From Candidatus Sumerlaeia bacterium (GTDB taxonomy: Bacteria > Sumerlaeota > Sumerlaeia > SLMS01), in assembly GCA_038208905.1 (NCBI GenBank), contig JBBQYG010000003.1, forward strand, positions 2,697 through 66,696: a stretch of 64,000 nt of DNA. Reading direction: 5' to 3'. Of the stretch, positions 48,471-58,795 are shown one piece after another (position 1 is the stretch's first letter; every line of letters begins with the position of its first letter). The notes below the pieces were generated by a model that made no database searches, was not told the origin of the DNA, and worked only from the letters and a program-made list of their open reading frames with translations. A program made the position numbers and the translations under genes.

Positions 48471-50464
48471 TCTCCGCCACGCTGCTCCTCGCCGCGGGGG
48501 CTTTCATCGCCTCCATCGCCGCGCGGCGAATTCCATCGCTGGGCGTGGTTTGGGCTACGGGACTCGCGCTTGCAGTGATCGCCGGGTGGGTGTCGGGAAT
48601 GGTGCTGCATAGCCGCATCGCCCTGTGGGTACTTCTCTCTTTCGTCGCGGGCGCATTCCCGCTGCTCATCGTCCTGCGGCCCGCAGCAAGGGCCGCTTGG
48701 CGCGCCGCGCTCCGTTTTCGTATTGGCACGGGGCGGGATCGGCTGCCGACGCTACTGCTGATGGGCGGCCTCGCCGCGATGACGCTTCTGCTCGCCAAGG
48801 CGGTGGGCATTCCCTTGCTGAATTACGACGTGCTGAGCTATCATCTACCCCAAGCGGAGGCGATGACGCGGGCCGATGGCGGAGCGGCACTCTTCCAGTC
48901 GCCGGATTCCTTCTATGCGCGCATGGCGCTGGGCGGCCCGATCCTCGAATCACTTTTCATGAATCCCGGCAATCCGGGGCGATTTGGATTCGGCATTCAG
49001 GCGTTCATCGCGCTCTCCATCGTCGCGGGCGCCTGCTCCGCCGCGCGCTGCGCCGCGTGGCTTGGCGGGCGCCGAATCGCACGCCTCTGCGCGGGGTGGC
49101 TCTATCTCGCGCATCCACTCCTGGGCGGCGCGATGGACAACGCGCTTTTCGATCCCGTGATCGCGCTCCTCGCCATCGCATCACTCGAATTGCTTCTCCA
49201 GGGCGAGTCGATCCGTGGCCGTCGCTGGCAACTACTGCTGGCTGGTGCGCTCGCCGGAACCGCAGTCGCCACGAAGTTCTCCGCCGTGGGCACCGCGCTG
49301 ATCCCCCTCGGAATCGTCTCCTCGTCCTGCCTGATCGGGCGTCTCCTCGCGCGGAGCGGACTTCCCGCGCTGCTGTGCCTTCGGAGCACCGCCCTCTTCG
49401 CCCTCGGCGCGTTCGCGGTGCTGGCACCGTGGTTTCTGCGCGGGATCCTGCTCGGCGGGCATCCGCTGTTCCCATTCATGGGCGAATCGGCGGGTTGGAG
49501 TCACGCCCAGGCGGAGTTCGTGGTCAGCGTCCACCAGCCACTGTCTCCTTTCTCCCTCGAATACTGGCGACAGTTTCTCACGCGCACGGGAATGCTGGGT
49601 TTTCCGATTCCATTCATCCCTTTCTCCGGAGCCAGCATTCTTCTCCTTGCCGCAGGCTGTTCCTTTTTCCCCCGCGGATCGCGCCTCGGTCGGCTGATCG
49701 TCATCGCGGCGCTGGTTGGATATGCCTCGTGGCTGACGCTGCGCCAGAATCCCGCGCGATTCCTTGCCCCCGCCGCCGTCCTGCTGATCCCGGTGGCGGC
49801 GACCGCCGCGATGCGGTGGCGGAGGGGCGCCGTCGTCAACTCCTTCGCCGCCCTCGTGCTCTTGCTCGCCACTCTTTCCGATGCGATGCCGCGCTACGTC
49901 CGCTGGGGCCTCGGCGAGCCCGTCTATCGGGCGCCGTACCGCGAAGCTATGCTCGACGAGCTTGGCGCGGGATTTCTCGCCGTCGCGCGCGCGGCCCGCG
50001 ACGCGGCGCCCGCCGATGGGGAGTTGCTGCTCCTCTTCGAGGCCCGCCCCGCGATCTTCGCCCGGACGCCCGTGTGGAACACCGTCTGGGATGTGCCGCC
50101 CTGGGCTCCGTTGCTTAGGGAATCCGGCGACGCCACCGACTTCTCCGCCCGTCTCCGCAAGGCAGGGATGAGGGCTATCTTCGTCAACGAATTCGAGTGG
50201 AGCCGATTCCTGCAATTCTACGCGCGCGACCGCTTTCCCAAGGGGGAATCCCTCATGGGACGCGTCGGTCTCTCCGCGCCCGGCGGAGACGAGGCCGCGC
50301 TCGCATCCCTCCGCGCGTTCCCTCCCTTCCGGTTTGCCTCGCTTTCGGATCGGGAGTTGACCATCCTTCTCCAGTTCCTGCACACACACCGCGCGCGGGC
50401 CGCTGCTGCAACACCTGCCGGGCCCCATTCCGAAATATGGTATGCCTACCTTGATCAAGAATAG
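48467..50464 (+). CDS. Polytopic membrane protein with C-terminal soluble domain
   Basis: Start proposed at GTG 48467, overlapping the mqnA stop (GTGTGA). The ORF-track frame 48119 is open upstream inside mqnA. ~665 aa, with >10 hydrophobic segments followed by a ~200-aa soluble C-terminus. Confidence 0.5.
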   Translation: MISATLLLAAGAFIASIAARRIPSLGVVWATGLALAVIAGWVSGMVLHSRIALWVLLSFVAGAFPLLIVLRPAARAAWRAALRFRIGTGRDRLPTLLLMGGLAAMTLLLAKAVGIPLLNYDVLSYHLPQAEAMTRADGGAALFQSPDSFYARMALGGPILESLFMNPGNPGRFGFGIQAFIALSIVAGACSAARCAAWLGGRRIARLCAGWLYLAHPLLGGAMDNALFDPVIALLAIASLELLLQGESIRGRRWQLLLAGALAGTAVATKFSAVGTALIPLGIVSSSCLIGRLLARSGLPALLCLRSTALFALGAFAVLAPWFLRGILLGGHPLFPFMGESAGWSHAQAEFVVSVHQPLSPFSLEYWRQFLTRTGMLGFPIPFIPFSGASILLLAAGCSFFPRGSRLGRLIVIAALVGYASWLTLRQNPARFLAPAAVLLIPVAATAAMRWRRGAVVNSFAALVLLLATLSDAMPRYVRWGLGEPVYRAPYREAMLDELGAGFLAVARAARDAAPADGELLLLFEARPAIFARTPVWNTVWDVPPWAPLLRESGDATDFSARLRKAGMRAIFVNEFEWSRFLQFYARDRFPKGESLMGRVGLSAPGGDEAALASLRAFPPFRFASLSDRELTILLQFLHTHRARAAAATPAGPHSEIWYAYLDQE

Positions 50465-52154
50465 CCTCTTCGCCCCGCTCCTCCTCGTCGCCGCTTCCAC
50501 TGTATTTGCGAAGGTTCCGCCGCCCGAGGTGCTAAGCGCCTCCCACGCCAACATTGCAGAAGGCATCATCACGCTGACCGGCGATCCCGAGCGCCACCGA
50601 ATCGCAGCACCGCCCGCGGTTCTACTTCACCTAGACAACGACCTCGGCAAGGGTGGTCACGGCGGCTTCGAGGTCCACATCGATGGCGATGGAAAGGGAG
50701 ACCTCGAACTTCAGGCGATCTTCGAAGGGAAACTCCCCGTGCTCGTGCCCAGACGCTCGAAGCCCGCCAACGGCCCCGGCATTGTGCGTTGGGAACTCCC
50801 CGTGGCGGAGCGCGTCACCAGCGCCACGCTCACGCTTCGCGGCGAAGGCACCGCGCGCATCGCCGACTGGCGCATGGCCGACTTCGGCGAGTTGGCGCCG
50901 ACTGATCGTATCGCGGCGCTCTCGGGGGAGCCTCTCCGGGCCGTCCGCGCGGCGAAGCCCGTTGCGAATGGAAAACTCGAACTGGAACTCACCGTCCCTC
51001 AGTCAGCGCGCTTCTTCATCACCACCGCCCGCCTGCGCCTGGAATGGAAGTTCGATAACGGCACCGTGCTCGAAAGCTCCTTCGATTCCGTCAGCTCGCC
51101 CACGGGCGCCCGCACCGACATCGTCCGCTTGCAGATTGCCATTCCAGACAATCCGGAGACTGTCCGCTCCGCTCGACTTCTGGCAGCCCTCGATTCCGAG
51201 GTCGCGGAAATCGCTGCGCTGAAGTTGGACCTGTCGGAGTTCGCCGGCCCATCCTACGAAGTCGCAGGCCGCAGCATCGAGGACTTTGCCGTCATCGAGC
51301 GAAACGGCGAGCTCGCCATCTACTCCTGCGTCTCCGCCGACGGGGTTTCGCGCCGCCAGGATCAGCTCCCGGTGCAGACCGCTTCCGTTTGGCTAGCCGT
51401 CGGCAACGGCGCCGAGTGGGCGGTGGACGAGGAGCTGCTTCGCATTTCCCCCGGCGGGGGAGAGGCCGGTGGCCCGATGGCGATTTCCGCGGGGCGTATA
51501 GACAATCGCTTTTACGGATTCTACACGCTTCCCTACCTCGACGGGCGGGAGGGCCTTGGCATTTCCAGCGCCACAACCTCTCTTCGCCTGGTCGCCTCTA
51601 CCAAGAATCCCGTCTGGGTTCCCCAGGCAAGCGCGGGCGGCACCCTCTGGCGCGGGAATGCCTTCCTCGAACTCAACGGTTCCATGATGCTGGTCGGCAT
51701 CGAGCGCCCTGTCGGCGCATCGCCCCGGGCCCGTGCCCTTTCAAGCATGCTGCAAACTCGATGGACCGATCTTGGCCTTCTTCCCCTTCCCGCCCTGCCA
51801 CCTCAGGTCGAGTGGATCACTGGCTTTCAGGACGAGGGGATGAACTACCTTCTCGCGGGCCCCCATGCGATGCTCTATCGCAGCGAAGATCCCCTGCGCG
51901 GCTGGACTGGGGCACCCTTTCCAAGTCCCGAAGGCGCGGAGAAGTCGCAACTCCTCCGCTGGGACAACCGCCTCTGGCTCTTCTGGCAGGTGCGCCGCAA
52001 CGGTCGCGGCATCGTATCGTGGGCTGAAGTGGAGGAGGTTGACGACAGTTTCAAGGTATATGCAGACAAGCCGTTCCGCGCGCCGGCCCTGCAGGCGAGC
52101 GACGAAGTACGCCCAACACCAATCCCGTTGGAGGGAACACATGGACGAAAGTAA
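50442..52154 (+). CDS. Secreted hypothetical protein
   Basis: Signal peptide MPTLIKNSLFAPLLLVAASTVFA. 570 aa. Overlaps the upstream stop and the downstream rnr start. Confidence 0.5.
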   Translation: MPTLIKNSLFAPLLLVAASTVFAKVPPPEVLSASHANIAEGIITLTGDPERHRIAAPPAVLLHLDNDLGKGGHGGFEVHIDGDGKGDLELQAIFEGKLPVLVPRRSKPANGPGIVRWELPVAERVTSATLTLRGEGTARIADWRMADFGELAPTDRIAALSGEPLRAVRAAKPVANGKLELELTVPQSARFFITTARLRLEWKFDNGTVLESSFDSVSSPTGARTDIVRLQIAIPDNPETVRSARLLAALDSEVAEIAALKLDLSEFAGPSYEVAGRSIEDFAVIERNGELAIYSCVSADGVSRRQDQLPVQTASVWLAVGNGAEWAVDEELLRISPGGGEAGGPMAISAGRIDNRFYGFYTLPYLDGREGLGISSATTSLRLVASTKNPVWVPQASAGGTLWRGNAFLELNGSMMLVGIERPVGASPRARALSSMLQTRWTDLGLLPLPALPPQVEWITGFQDEGMNYLLAGPHAMLYRSEDPLRGWTGAPFPSPEGAEKSQLLRWDNRLWLFWQVRRNGRGIVSWAEVEEVDDSFKVYADKPFRAPALQASDEVRPTPIPLEGTHGRK

Positions 52155-54354
52155 AGTCGTCGAGGCCATCCTCAAGTCGCCATCGCCGCTGAGTGTCGCC
52201 CAGCTCGCGCGCCAGTTCCGCGTGAAGGGCCCCGCGCGGCGCGAGTTCCGCGGACTCCTCCGCGACCTGGAGCAGCGCGGCGTCGTCGCCCGCGTGGGCG
52301 GGAAGAGCTACACGCGCCCGACCGGCAGGAGTTCCGCCATCATCGGTCGGCTGGAGGTCACCACGCGCGGCTTCGGGTTCGTGCGGCCCGACTGGAGCAG
52401 TCTCTCCGGCAAGCCGCCCTTCCAGGGCGACCTTTTCATTCCCCCGCGCAGCATGGGTGCCGCCCTCGATGGCGACCTCGTCCGCGCGGAGTTCCTCCGC
52501 AAGGACGAGCAGGGCGCCAGCGGGCGCATCGAGGAAGTCATCGAGCACGCGCACACCTCCATCGTGGGAAGATACCAGCGCACCGGCGGCCGCACCGCCG
52601 TTGTGACGCCCCGCAGCCAGCGTATCGAACGCCGCATCGAGGTCCCCCCCGTCGAGGCTTCCCTCGGCGTCGCCGATCACGATTGGGTCGAGGTCGAGAT
52701 CACCAACTTTACCGACGCCCCCTCCGACTTGAAAGGCCGCGTTATCTCGCGCCTCGGAGTGGACGGCGACCGGGGCATCGACGTATTGCTCGTGCTCCGA
52801 GACCTCGGCATCGTGGAGGAGTTTCCCGCGTCCGTGGAGAAGGAAGTCGAGGGACTGCGTTTCGACTGGGACACGGACCTGAAGGATCGCAAGGATTACC
52901 GAAAGCTCCCCACCATCACCATCGACCCCAAGACCGCCAAGGACTTCGACGACGCCCTCAGCATTGAGCCGATTCCCGGCGTCGGATGGCGTCTATACGT
53001 CCACATCGCCGATGTCGCGCACTTCATCAAGCCCGGCACCGCGCTGGACAACGAGGCCGTCGAGCGCTCCACCAGCGTCTATCCCGTGGATCGCGTCGTC
53101 CCGATGCTCCCCACCAAGATCAGCAACTACCTCTGCTCCCTTGTCCCCAACGAGGACCGCCTCACGATGACGGCGATCATGGAAATCAGCACCGACGGCC
53201 TCCTACTCCGGAAGGAATTTCACAGCTCTGTCATCCACAGCGACTATCGCCTGACCTACGAGCAAGTGCAGGAGGCATTCGACGGCCATGCACCCGCCGA
53301 CGCCGCGTTTGCCCACGTCGTCCCGCTCATGAACGAGCTTCGTCCCGTGGCGCGCGCCCTGCGCAAGCGGCGCTTCGCGCGCGGTGCGCTCGACCTCGAC
53401 ATTCCCGAGCTCAAGATCCTCTTCGACGAGAGCGGCGCCGCGTCGGATATCAAGTTCTATCCGCATTTCGAATCGCACGAGCTCGTCGAGGAGTGCATGC
53501 TCATCGCCAACGAGGCCGTCGCCCAGATCCTCACTGAGAAGGAGGCGCCTCTTCTGTATCGCGTGCACGAGGTCGCCGATCAAAAGCGACTGGAGCAACT
53601 TGCTCCCGCGCTCGGGGTCTTCGGCATCAAGCTCTCGGGCCGCGAGGACCAGATCACGCCGAAGGATATTCAGCGCGCGCTGGAACAGGCCCAGAAGCAC
53701 CCCGCCGGGCACATCCTCCGAAGGCTTGTCCTGCGGGCGCTGCGCCGCGCGGAGTACGATCCCGTCAACGTGGGCCACTTCGGGCTCGCGTCGGAGTGCT
53801 ACTGCCACTTCACGTCGCCGATCCGCCGCTATCCCGATGTCGTGGTCCATCGCCAGCTCAAGTCTCTCGAGGCAAAGGGCCCCCTCGCGTATCCCCGTGA
53901 TGACAACGATCTGGAAACGCTTGGCGAGCACACCAGCAGCCGCGAGCGCCGCGCCCAGGAGGCGGAGTGGGAAGCCACGGCCATCAAGAGCCTCGAGTTC
54001 ATGAAGCCCCGCGTCGGCGACGAGTTCGATGGCTATATCTGCGGCATGCAGAATCAGGGAATCTTCGTCGAACTGGTCGAGTTCCCCATCGAGGGCTTCG
54101 TCAAGAAGGTGTCCCTTCGCGCCGACCGCTACGAACTCGACGATACCGGCATCCGCATGGTCGGCAAGCTCTCGGGCCACGTCCTCAAGCTCGCCGACAA
54201 GGTACGCGTCACCATCGACCGCATCGACCCGATGGCGCGTCGGCTGGACCTGACACTGCTGGAACAACCGAGCACGCTCATGGGTCGACGCGCGAAGAAG
54301 GCAGTCGGCGGCACGCCCAAGCCCAAGCCAAAGGGGAAGGGACGGCGAGGCTAG
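52141..54354 (+). CDS. rnr: Ribonuclease R
   Basis: Start at internal MDESKVVEAIL (ATG 52141). RNB-domain motif ITIDPKTAKDFDDALSIE...VHIADVAHF, S1 domain, and basic C-terminal tail KKAVGGTPKPKPKGKGRRG. Confidence 0.9.
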   Translation: MDESKVVEAILKSPSPLSVAQLARQFRVKGPARREFRGLLRDLEQRGVVARVGGKSYTRPTGRSSAIIGRLEVTTRGFGFVRPDWSSLSGKPPFQGDLFIPPRSMGAALDGDLVRAEFLRKDEQGASGRIEEVIEHAHTSIVGRYQRTGGRTAVVTPRSQRIERRIEVPPVEASLGVADHDWVEVEITNFTDAPSDLKGRVISRLGVDGDRGIDVLLVLRDLGIVEEFPASVEKEVEGLRFDWDTDLKDRKDYRKLPTITIDPKTAKDFDDALSIEPIPGVGWRLYVHIADVAHFIKPGTALDNEAVERSTSVYPVDRVVPMLPTKISNYLCSLVPNEDRLTMTAIMEISTDGLLLRKEFHSSVIHSDYRLTYEQVQEAFDGHAPADAAFAHVVPLMNELRPVARALRKRRFARGALDLDIPELKILFDESGAASDIKFYPHFESHELVEECMLIANEAVAQILTEKEAPLLYRVHEVADQKRLEQLAPALGVFGIKLSGREDQITPKDIQRALEQAQKHPAGHILRRLVLRALRRAEYDPVNVGHFGLASECYCHFTSPIRRYPDVVVHRQLKSLEAKGPLAYPRDDNDLETLGEHTSSRERRAQEAEWEATAIKSLEFMKPRVGDEFDGYICGMQNQGIFVELVEFPIEGFVKKVSLRADRYELDDTGIRMVGKLSGHVLKLADKVRVTIDRIDPMARRLDLTLLEQPSTLMGRRAKKAVGGTPKPKPKGKGRRG

Positions 54355-54585
54355 AATGATTCGCGAAAGGCATGTTGTGAAGGGGTCAAAATAAGGGGAC
54401 CGTGGGCGCTCGAGCTTGGGAAGAAACCCAAATAGCCATCCACGTGGTAAGGTGGTTTGAGCTTTCGCATGGAGAAGAGCCAGCCGCGAGCCTGCAATGC
54501 GCCCGCTTTTTTCCCCTTTGATCGGACGATGGTTTTTTTCTCAAGATCCCTCGCTCACGCTGCCTTGGGAGGCGTGCGTTGGGTA

Positions 54586-54616
54586 CCTCCCATCTTGGAG
54601 ACGGAGGGTTTTTTTC
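54586..54616 (+). terminator. Rho-independent terminator candidate downstream of rnr (CCTCC...GGAGG stem + T7)
   Basis: Hairpin followed by TTTTTTT at ~54609-54615. Lies in the convergent intergenic region with the aldo/keto reductase gene. Confidence 0.45.
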
Positions 54617-54662
54617 GGAGGGGTGGGAAGAAAAACTCCCATTTGCGCCATGGGCGCTGGTT

Positions 54663-55853
54663 TCAGCTCTCGCTTAGCCGCTTCGCCGGTTCCTTCCACA
54701 GGAGGCTGTGTGCCTCGCGGAGCAGCGCCGGGATGCGGTCCTTGAAGGGGGATTTCTCCAGGGCGGGCGCCAGATCGACTTCCGCCGCTTTCTCCGCATT
54801 CCCGCCGGGGAACCAGTGCCCCGCGTTGCCCAGAAGGTTGTATCGCATCTGGGCGTACTCCTTCATGTCAAAGGCTCGCGCCAGGTTGTGCAGCCACAGG
54901 ATGATCGGCATATTCACGTTGCCGGGCGTCTGCTCCCACTTGGGAAGGCCCTCCGCGAATCGCGAGGCAAAATCGGCGCCCACGGCCTCCGCCATTGCCG
55001 CGCGCAACCGCGCCTCGATCGCGGGTAGCAACTCCGCCGTGCGGTCGCGATACGCCAGCGACTCCACATGCAGCTCGAAATCCGATGGCCGCGCCGCGCC
55101 GACGCTGAGGGTGTGGACCTCTGGCCGGGCGAGGCAGAACAGATTGTTGAAGATGATCGGGTGCAGGGGCGCCGTCAGCTCCGCCATGCGCGCTGTCGGT
55201 TTATAGAGCATCCCGCCCTTGTCCGACGGACTGATGATGAACACGCCCATGTCGTGCGCGCGCGCCTCCATCACCGCGGGCCAGTTGTTCTGGAAGATGT
55301 AGTACCAGTGGATGTTCACGTAGTCGAAGCCGCCGCCAGTTTCCGTGCGGATCGCCTTCAGGATCGTGTCGAGGTGGGCGTGGGTGGAGAACCCGACATG
55401 CCGCGCAAGGCCCTCGCGCTGGAGCTGACGCGCCGCCTCCAGGCAGCCGCCCGGCTTGATCGACCACTCCAAAGTCTCCTCGTCGTTGATGCCGTGGAGG
55501 GATAACAGGTCGACGTACTCCAGCTTTAGCCTCGCCAGTGAATCCAGAAAGTTCGCGCGGAACTCCGCCACGTCGGCAACGGGAGCCACCTTCGTCTGGA
55601 CGATCAATTCCTCGCGGGGAAACGTAGGCAACACCAGCCCAAGCTGACGCTCGCTGGACCCGTAACCCCGCGCCGTTTCGATGTGGTTAACGCCCACCTC
55701 GAAGGAGCGCCGGATCGTGGCTTCCAGGTTGGCTTGGTTCTCCGGCGGAACTTCGGACAGCGGCGTGTCCTGCCACTTGTGCTGATAGCGCATTCCGCCA
55801 CAGCTAAATACCGGCATCGCCAGTTCTGTCCTGCCAAATCGCCGTCGTTCCAT
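54663..55853 (-). CDS. Aldo/keto reductase family oxidoreductase
   Basis: Start at internal MERRRFGRTELAMPVFSCGGM. AKR motifs NHIETARGYG, LEYVDLLSLHG. Confidence 0.75.
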   Translation of the reverse strand: MERRRFGRTELAMPVFSCGGMRYQHKWQDTPLSEVPPENQANLEATIRRSFEVGVNHIETARGYGSSERQLGLVLPTFPREELIVQTKVAPVADVAEFRANFLDSLARLKLEYVDLLSLHGINDEETLEWSIKPGGCLEAARQLQREGLARHVGFSTHAHLDTILKAIRTETGGGFDYVNIHWYYIFQNNWPAVMEARAHDMGVFIISPSDKGGMLYKPTARMAELTAPLHPIIFNNLFCLARPEVHTLSVGAARPSDFELHVESLAYRDRTAELLPAIEARLRAAMAEAVGADFASRFAEGLPKWEQTPGNVNMPIILWLHNLARAFDMKEYAQMRYNLLGNAGHWFPGGNAEKAAEVDLAPALEKSPFKDRIPALLREAHSLLWKEPAKRLSES

Positions 55854-56009
55854 TGCGGTTTCCTTGCCTTCACGGTCGGGCTGTCGGTGCCCAGTGCTAC
55901 GCCAGCAAATATCGGAGCAACCCCTCCCGCGCCGCAAACGCAAAACCGCCGGGCGCGTTATCGGCGCCCGGCGGTTTGATGGGTCAAGCGAGGGTAAGTG
56001 GCGGACCGC

Positions 56010-57765
56010 CTACTCGTAGATCGACCAGTTGTTCGTCGCCAGCGGCGATGCCTGGCCGGGGGAAGCTGTCGTCGTCGGAAAGAACGTCGCGGAGGAATCG
56101 ACATTCGTCACGAAGAGCGAGCGCACGAGGCTGACAGCGGCACTTCCCGCGCGGGTGGCGGCCGAGTCCGTCTGGCCCGTGGAGTTGATCGGCGCAAAAA
56201 GTGCCAAATCAGTCTCGGCGCCGAAGTTCACTCCGTCGATCACGAAGTCCAGCGGGAAGATTCCAACGCCGGTTCTGGCCGCGGCGCCCGGGAACATCAG
56301 GGCGACGCTGTCGGCGGTCGCGAGGCCGATGTTTCCAGACGTGCCAAGAGTGCCCGTGACATCGGTCAGCACCGTGAGCGTATTGCCGTTTGCCGGTGTC
56401 CATGTGGCCGGAGCGCGGCGGGGCTCATAGAATACGCGGACGCCCGTGGGAACGGAGTCCAGCCATGCGGGCTCCGCCTCGGGATCGGCCGTGGTGGGGA
56501 TTCCCACGGCAAGGACGATGTATTCGCCGGCGGCGATCGAGGTGGAAGCGGGGAAGGAAACCATGCCTTCGCCCGCGCCACTCCTGTCCTCATCGGTTAC
56601 TACCACCCCGCTGATGTCGATCGGCGAGGCGCTGGTGTTCAGAATCTCGATCATTTCCGACGTTGCGGGATCGGAGATCACCTCCGTGATAAACAGCCCA
56701 GCGTAATCCGCCGGATCGGCGGAGAAGCCCAGGACATCGACTGTCTCCGTGTCGCCGCTCTGGTCGTTGCTCTGAATCGTGAGAGTGGCTTCGGCGCGGC
56801 CCTTGAACCCTGCCGGCGTGAACTGGATCGTCATCGTATTGGTGGTGCCGGCCGCAATATTCGCCGGCGCAACGGCAATGCCGAAGAGCGTGGGATTCGT
56901 CCCGGCGAAGGAGCTCGTGCCGCCGTTCACCGTCAGAGTCGCCGAGGAGCCCCCGTTATCCACGTCGAAGCTAGCTTGCGCATTCCCCGTCGGGAGCGTG
57001 CGCCCGATCGGCAGGAGCGCTGTCTGCACGAAGATGTCGGGATTGTCCCCCGCGACACCGCGCAGGCCGTTGATGTAGGCGATGTTGGCGGGATTGTTGC
57101 CCGCCCCGGGGGTGAAGACGGAAATGGCCTGATCGTAGTCGCTCGGCAAGGCAAACGTCCCGCCGTTAGCGGCAACATTTAGGTTGGTAACGTCAATGTC
57201 GAGGGTCGAATGGCTAGTTTGGGGACTCCCAACCGCCAATCCGAATCGAAAGTTCAAGGGATCGTAGAAGGGGGGGATAGTTGTAGAAGACGTGCGTGGA
57301 AGAAAGTACTCCCCGCCGATTCCTATCACGATAACGTCGGCCGTCCCGCCAATATCCATTCCGTCATCGGCGGTGACATTGAACGGCAGCAGCGAATCGA
57401 AGGGGGTGTCTTCGCTGAAGGCCAGTGTATAGTCCCCGCTGCCCGGATCGTAGGTCGTATCATTGACTACAATCGGTGTGCCCGCATCGTCCTCCCAGAT
57501 GGTGATGATCGTCCCCGCAGCCAGATTCTGGAATCCTGTGCCCGAAAGCTGGATACCGCCCCCACCGATGGCGCCGGCAGTGAGCCCATCCATTATCACG
57601 TAGTTCTGGTAGTTCCCCGTCGTCGTCACCAAGACCTCGACAAACTCCTCGGAGTTAGGGGGTAGTCTTCGCCTCGTTCACGACCAGTGCCGCGCTCGCG
57701 GTCCCCGCCACTCCAAGCATGGCGGCAACCACTGCCGCTGCGGATCGCAAAGTCCTGTGGATCAT
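56010..57765 (-). CDS. Secreted protein with lamin-tail domains (LTD), interrupted by a 1-nt frameshift in a G5 homopolymer
   Basis: The signal-peptide ORF (MIHRTLRSAAAVVAAMLGVAGTASA, 57655-57765) and the main ORF (56010-57632) are in different frames. Removing one G from GGGGG at 57658-57662 fuses them in frame (...EAKTTPNSEEFVEVLVTTTGNYQ...). LTD-like segment LFITEVISDP...MIEILNTSASPIDISGVVVTDED...EYIVLAV. Confidence 0.6.
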
Positions 57766-57955
57766 CGCTGATTCTGCTTCTTCGTTCCTCGGGGATGGGT
57801 ACACCATGCCAAATATGCGGAGACGTTGCCTTGGAACTGGTCCGCGATGCAACAAGAAAATCAGTCCCCGCGGCATTTTATACGCGATTATGGCCGGGGG
57901 AGCCGCAGCCCCATCCAAGACTCGCCCTGGACCGTTACGTCCTGCCCGGTCTTAC

Positions 57956-58642
57956 CTAGGCCTTCTCATCCATCGCCGAGAAAATCGCCCCGCCCAGCGC
58001 CGCTCCTATGATCGGAGCCACCCAGAACATCCAGAGCTGGCTGATCGCGCCGCTTCCCGCAAACACTGCCACGGCAGTGCTGCGCGCGGGGTTTACCGAT
58101 GTGTTGGTGACGGGGATGCTGATGAGGTGGATCAGCGTCAGGCCCAGGCCGATGGCGACGGGGGCGAAGCCCTGGGGGGCGCGCTTGTGCGTCGCGCCAA
58201 GGATGATCACCAGGAACATCAGCGTCATTACGACCTCGGTCACGAAGCCCGACAGCAGCGAGTACCCGTGGGGCGAGCGAGCGCCATAGCCGTTGGAGAC
58301 GAATCCGCCTATCTCGAAGCCGGGCTGACCGCTCGCGATCACATACAGCACGCCCGCCCCCGCAAGGCCGCCGACCACCTGGGCGATGATATAGGGCACC
58401 AGATCCTTGGCCGGGAATCGCCCCGCGACACACAGGCCAATGGACACCGCCGGATTCAGATGGCATCCCGAAATGTGGCCAATCGCAAAGGCCATCGTCA
58501 ACACCGTGAGGCCAAACGCGAGCGAGACCCCGGCGTATCCGATTCCAAATTGGGGAATGCCCGCCGCGAGGACGGCGCTCCCGCAACCCCCCAGCACTAG
58601 TCAGAACGTCCCGATAAACTCCGCCAGCAGTTTCTTCTGCAT
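57956..58642 (-). pseudogene. aqpZ: Aquaporin Z (MIP family) with in-frame TGA at conserved Trp14
   Basis: ATG at 58640-58642 gives [30 protein letters not shown], where E. coli AqpZ has ...[19 protein letters not shown]. Both NPA motifs (HLNPAVS, NPARS) are downstream. TGA is a genuine stop elsewhere in the window. Confidence 0.7.
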
Positions 58643-58795
58643 TGCAAGGCACCCCCGAGGACAGTTCCCGCGCGCGCGGGTCGGATGTGGTCAACATTGA
58701 CCGGGCCAGCCTGAATCGGCTGCCTCAGTGGTCAATAGTGTTCTTGCAATCGCGCGACGACGGAAGGGGGCCGCTCCGCCGAATCCGGACAAGTC

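Noticed and set aside
54620-54662. Minus-strand terminator for the aldo/keto reductase gene (GCGCC-ATG-GGCGC hairpin followed by a T5 run on the minus strand).
   Set aside because: The stem is only 5 bp and is separated from the T-run by ~8 nt. It is too weak to call, although the region between the convergent rnr and AKR genes likely terminates both transcripts.
57956-58642. Possibility that TGA is recoded (Trp/Gly) genome-wide, given the in-frame TGA in aqpZ.
   Set aside because: TGA terminates several well-defined genes in the window exactly where homologues end (cupin 2143-2145, mqnA 48468-48470, 2-hydroxyacid DH 12798-12800). The high-GC genome is also unlike the known TGA-recoding lineages.
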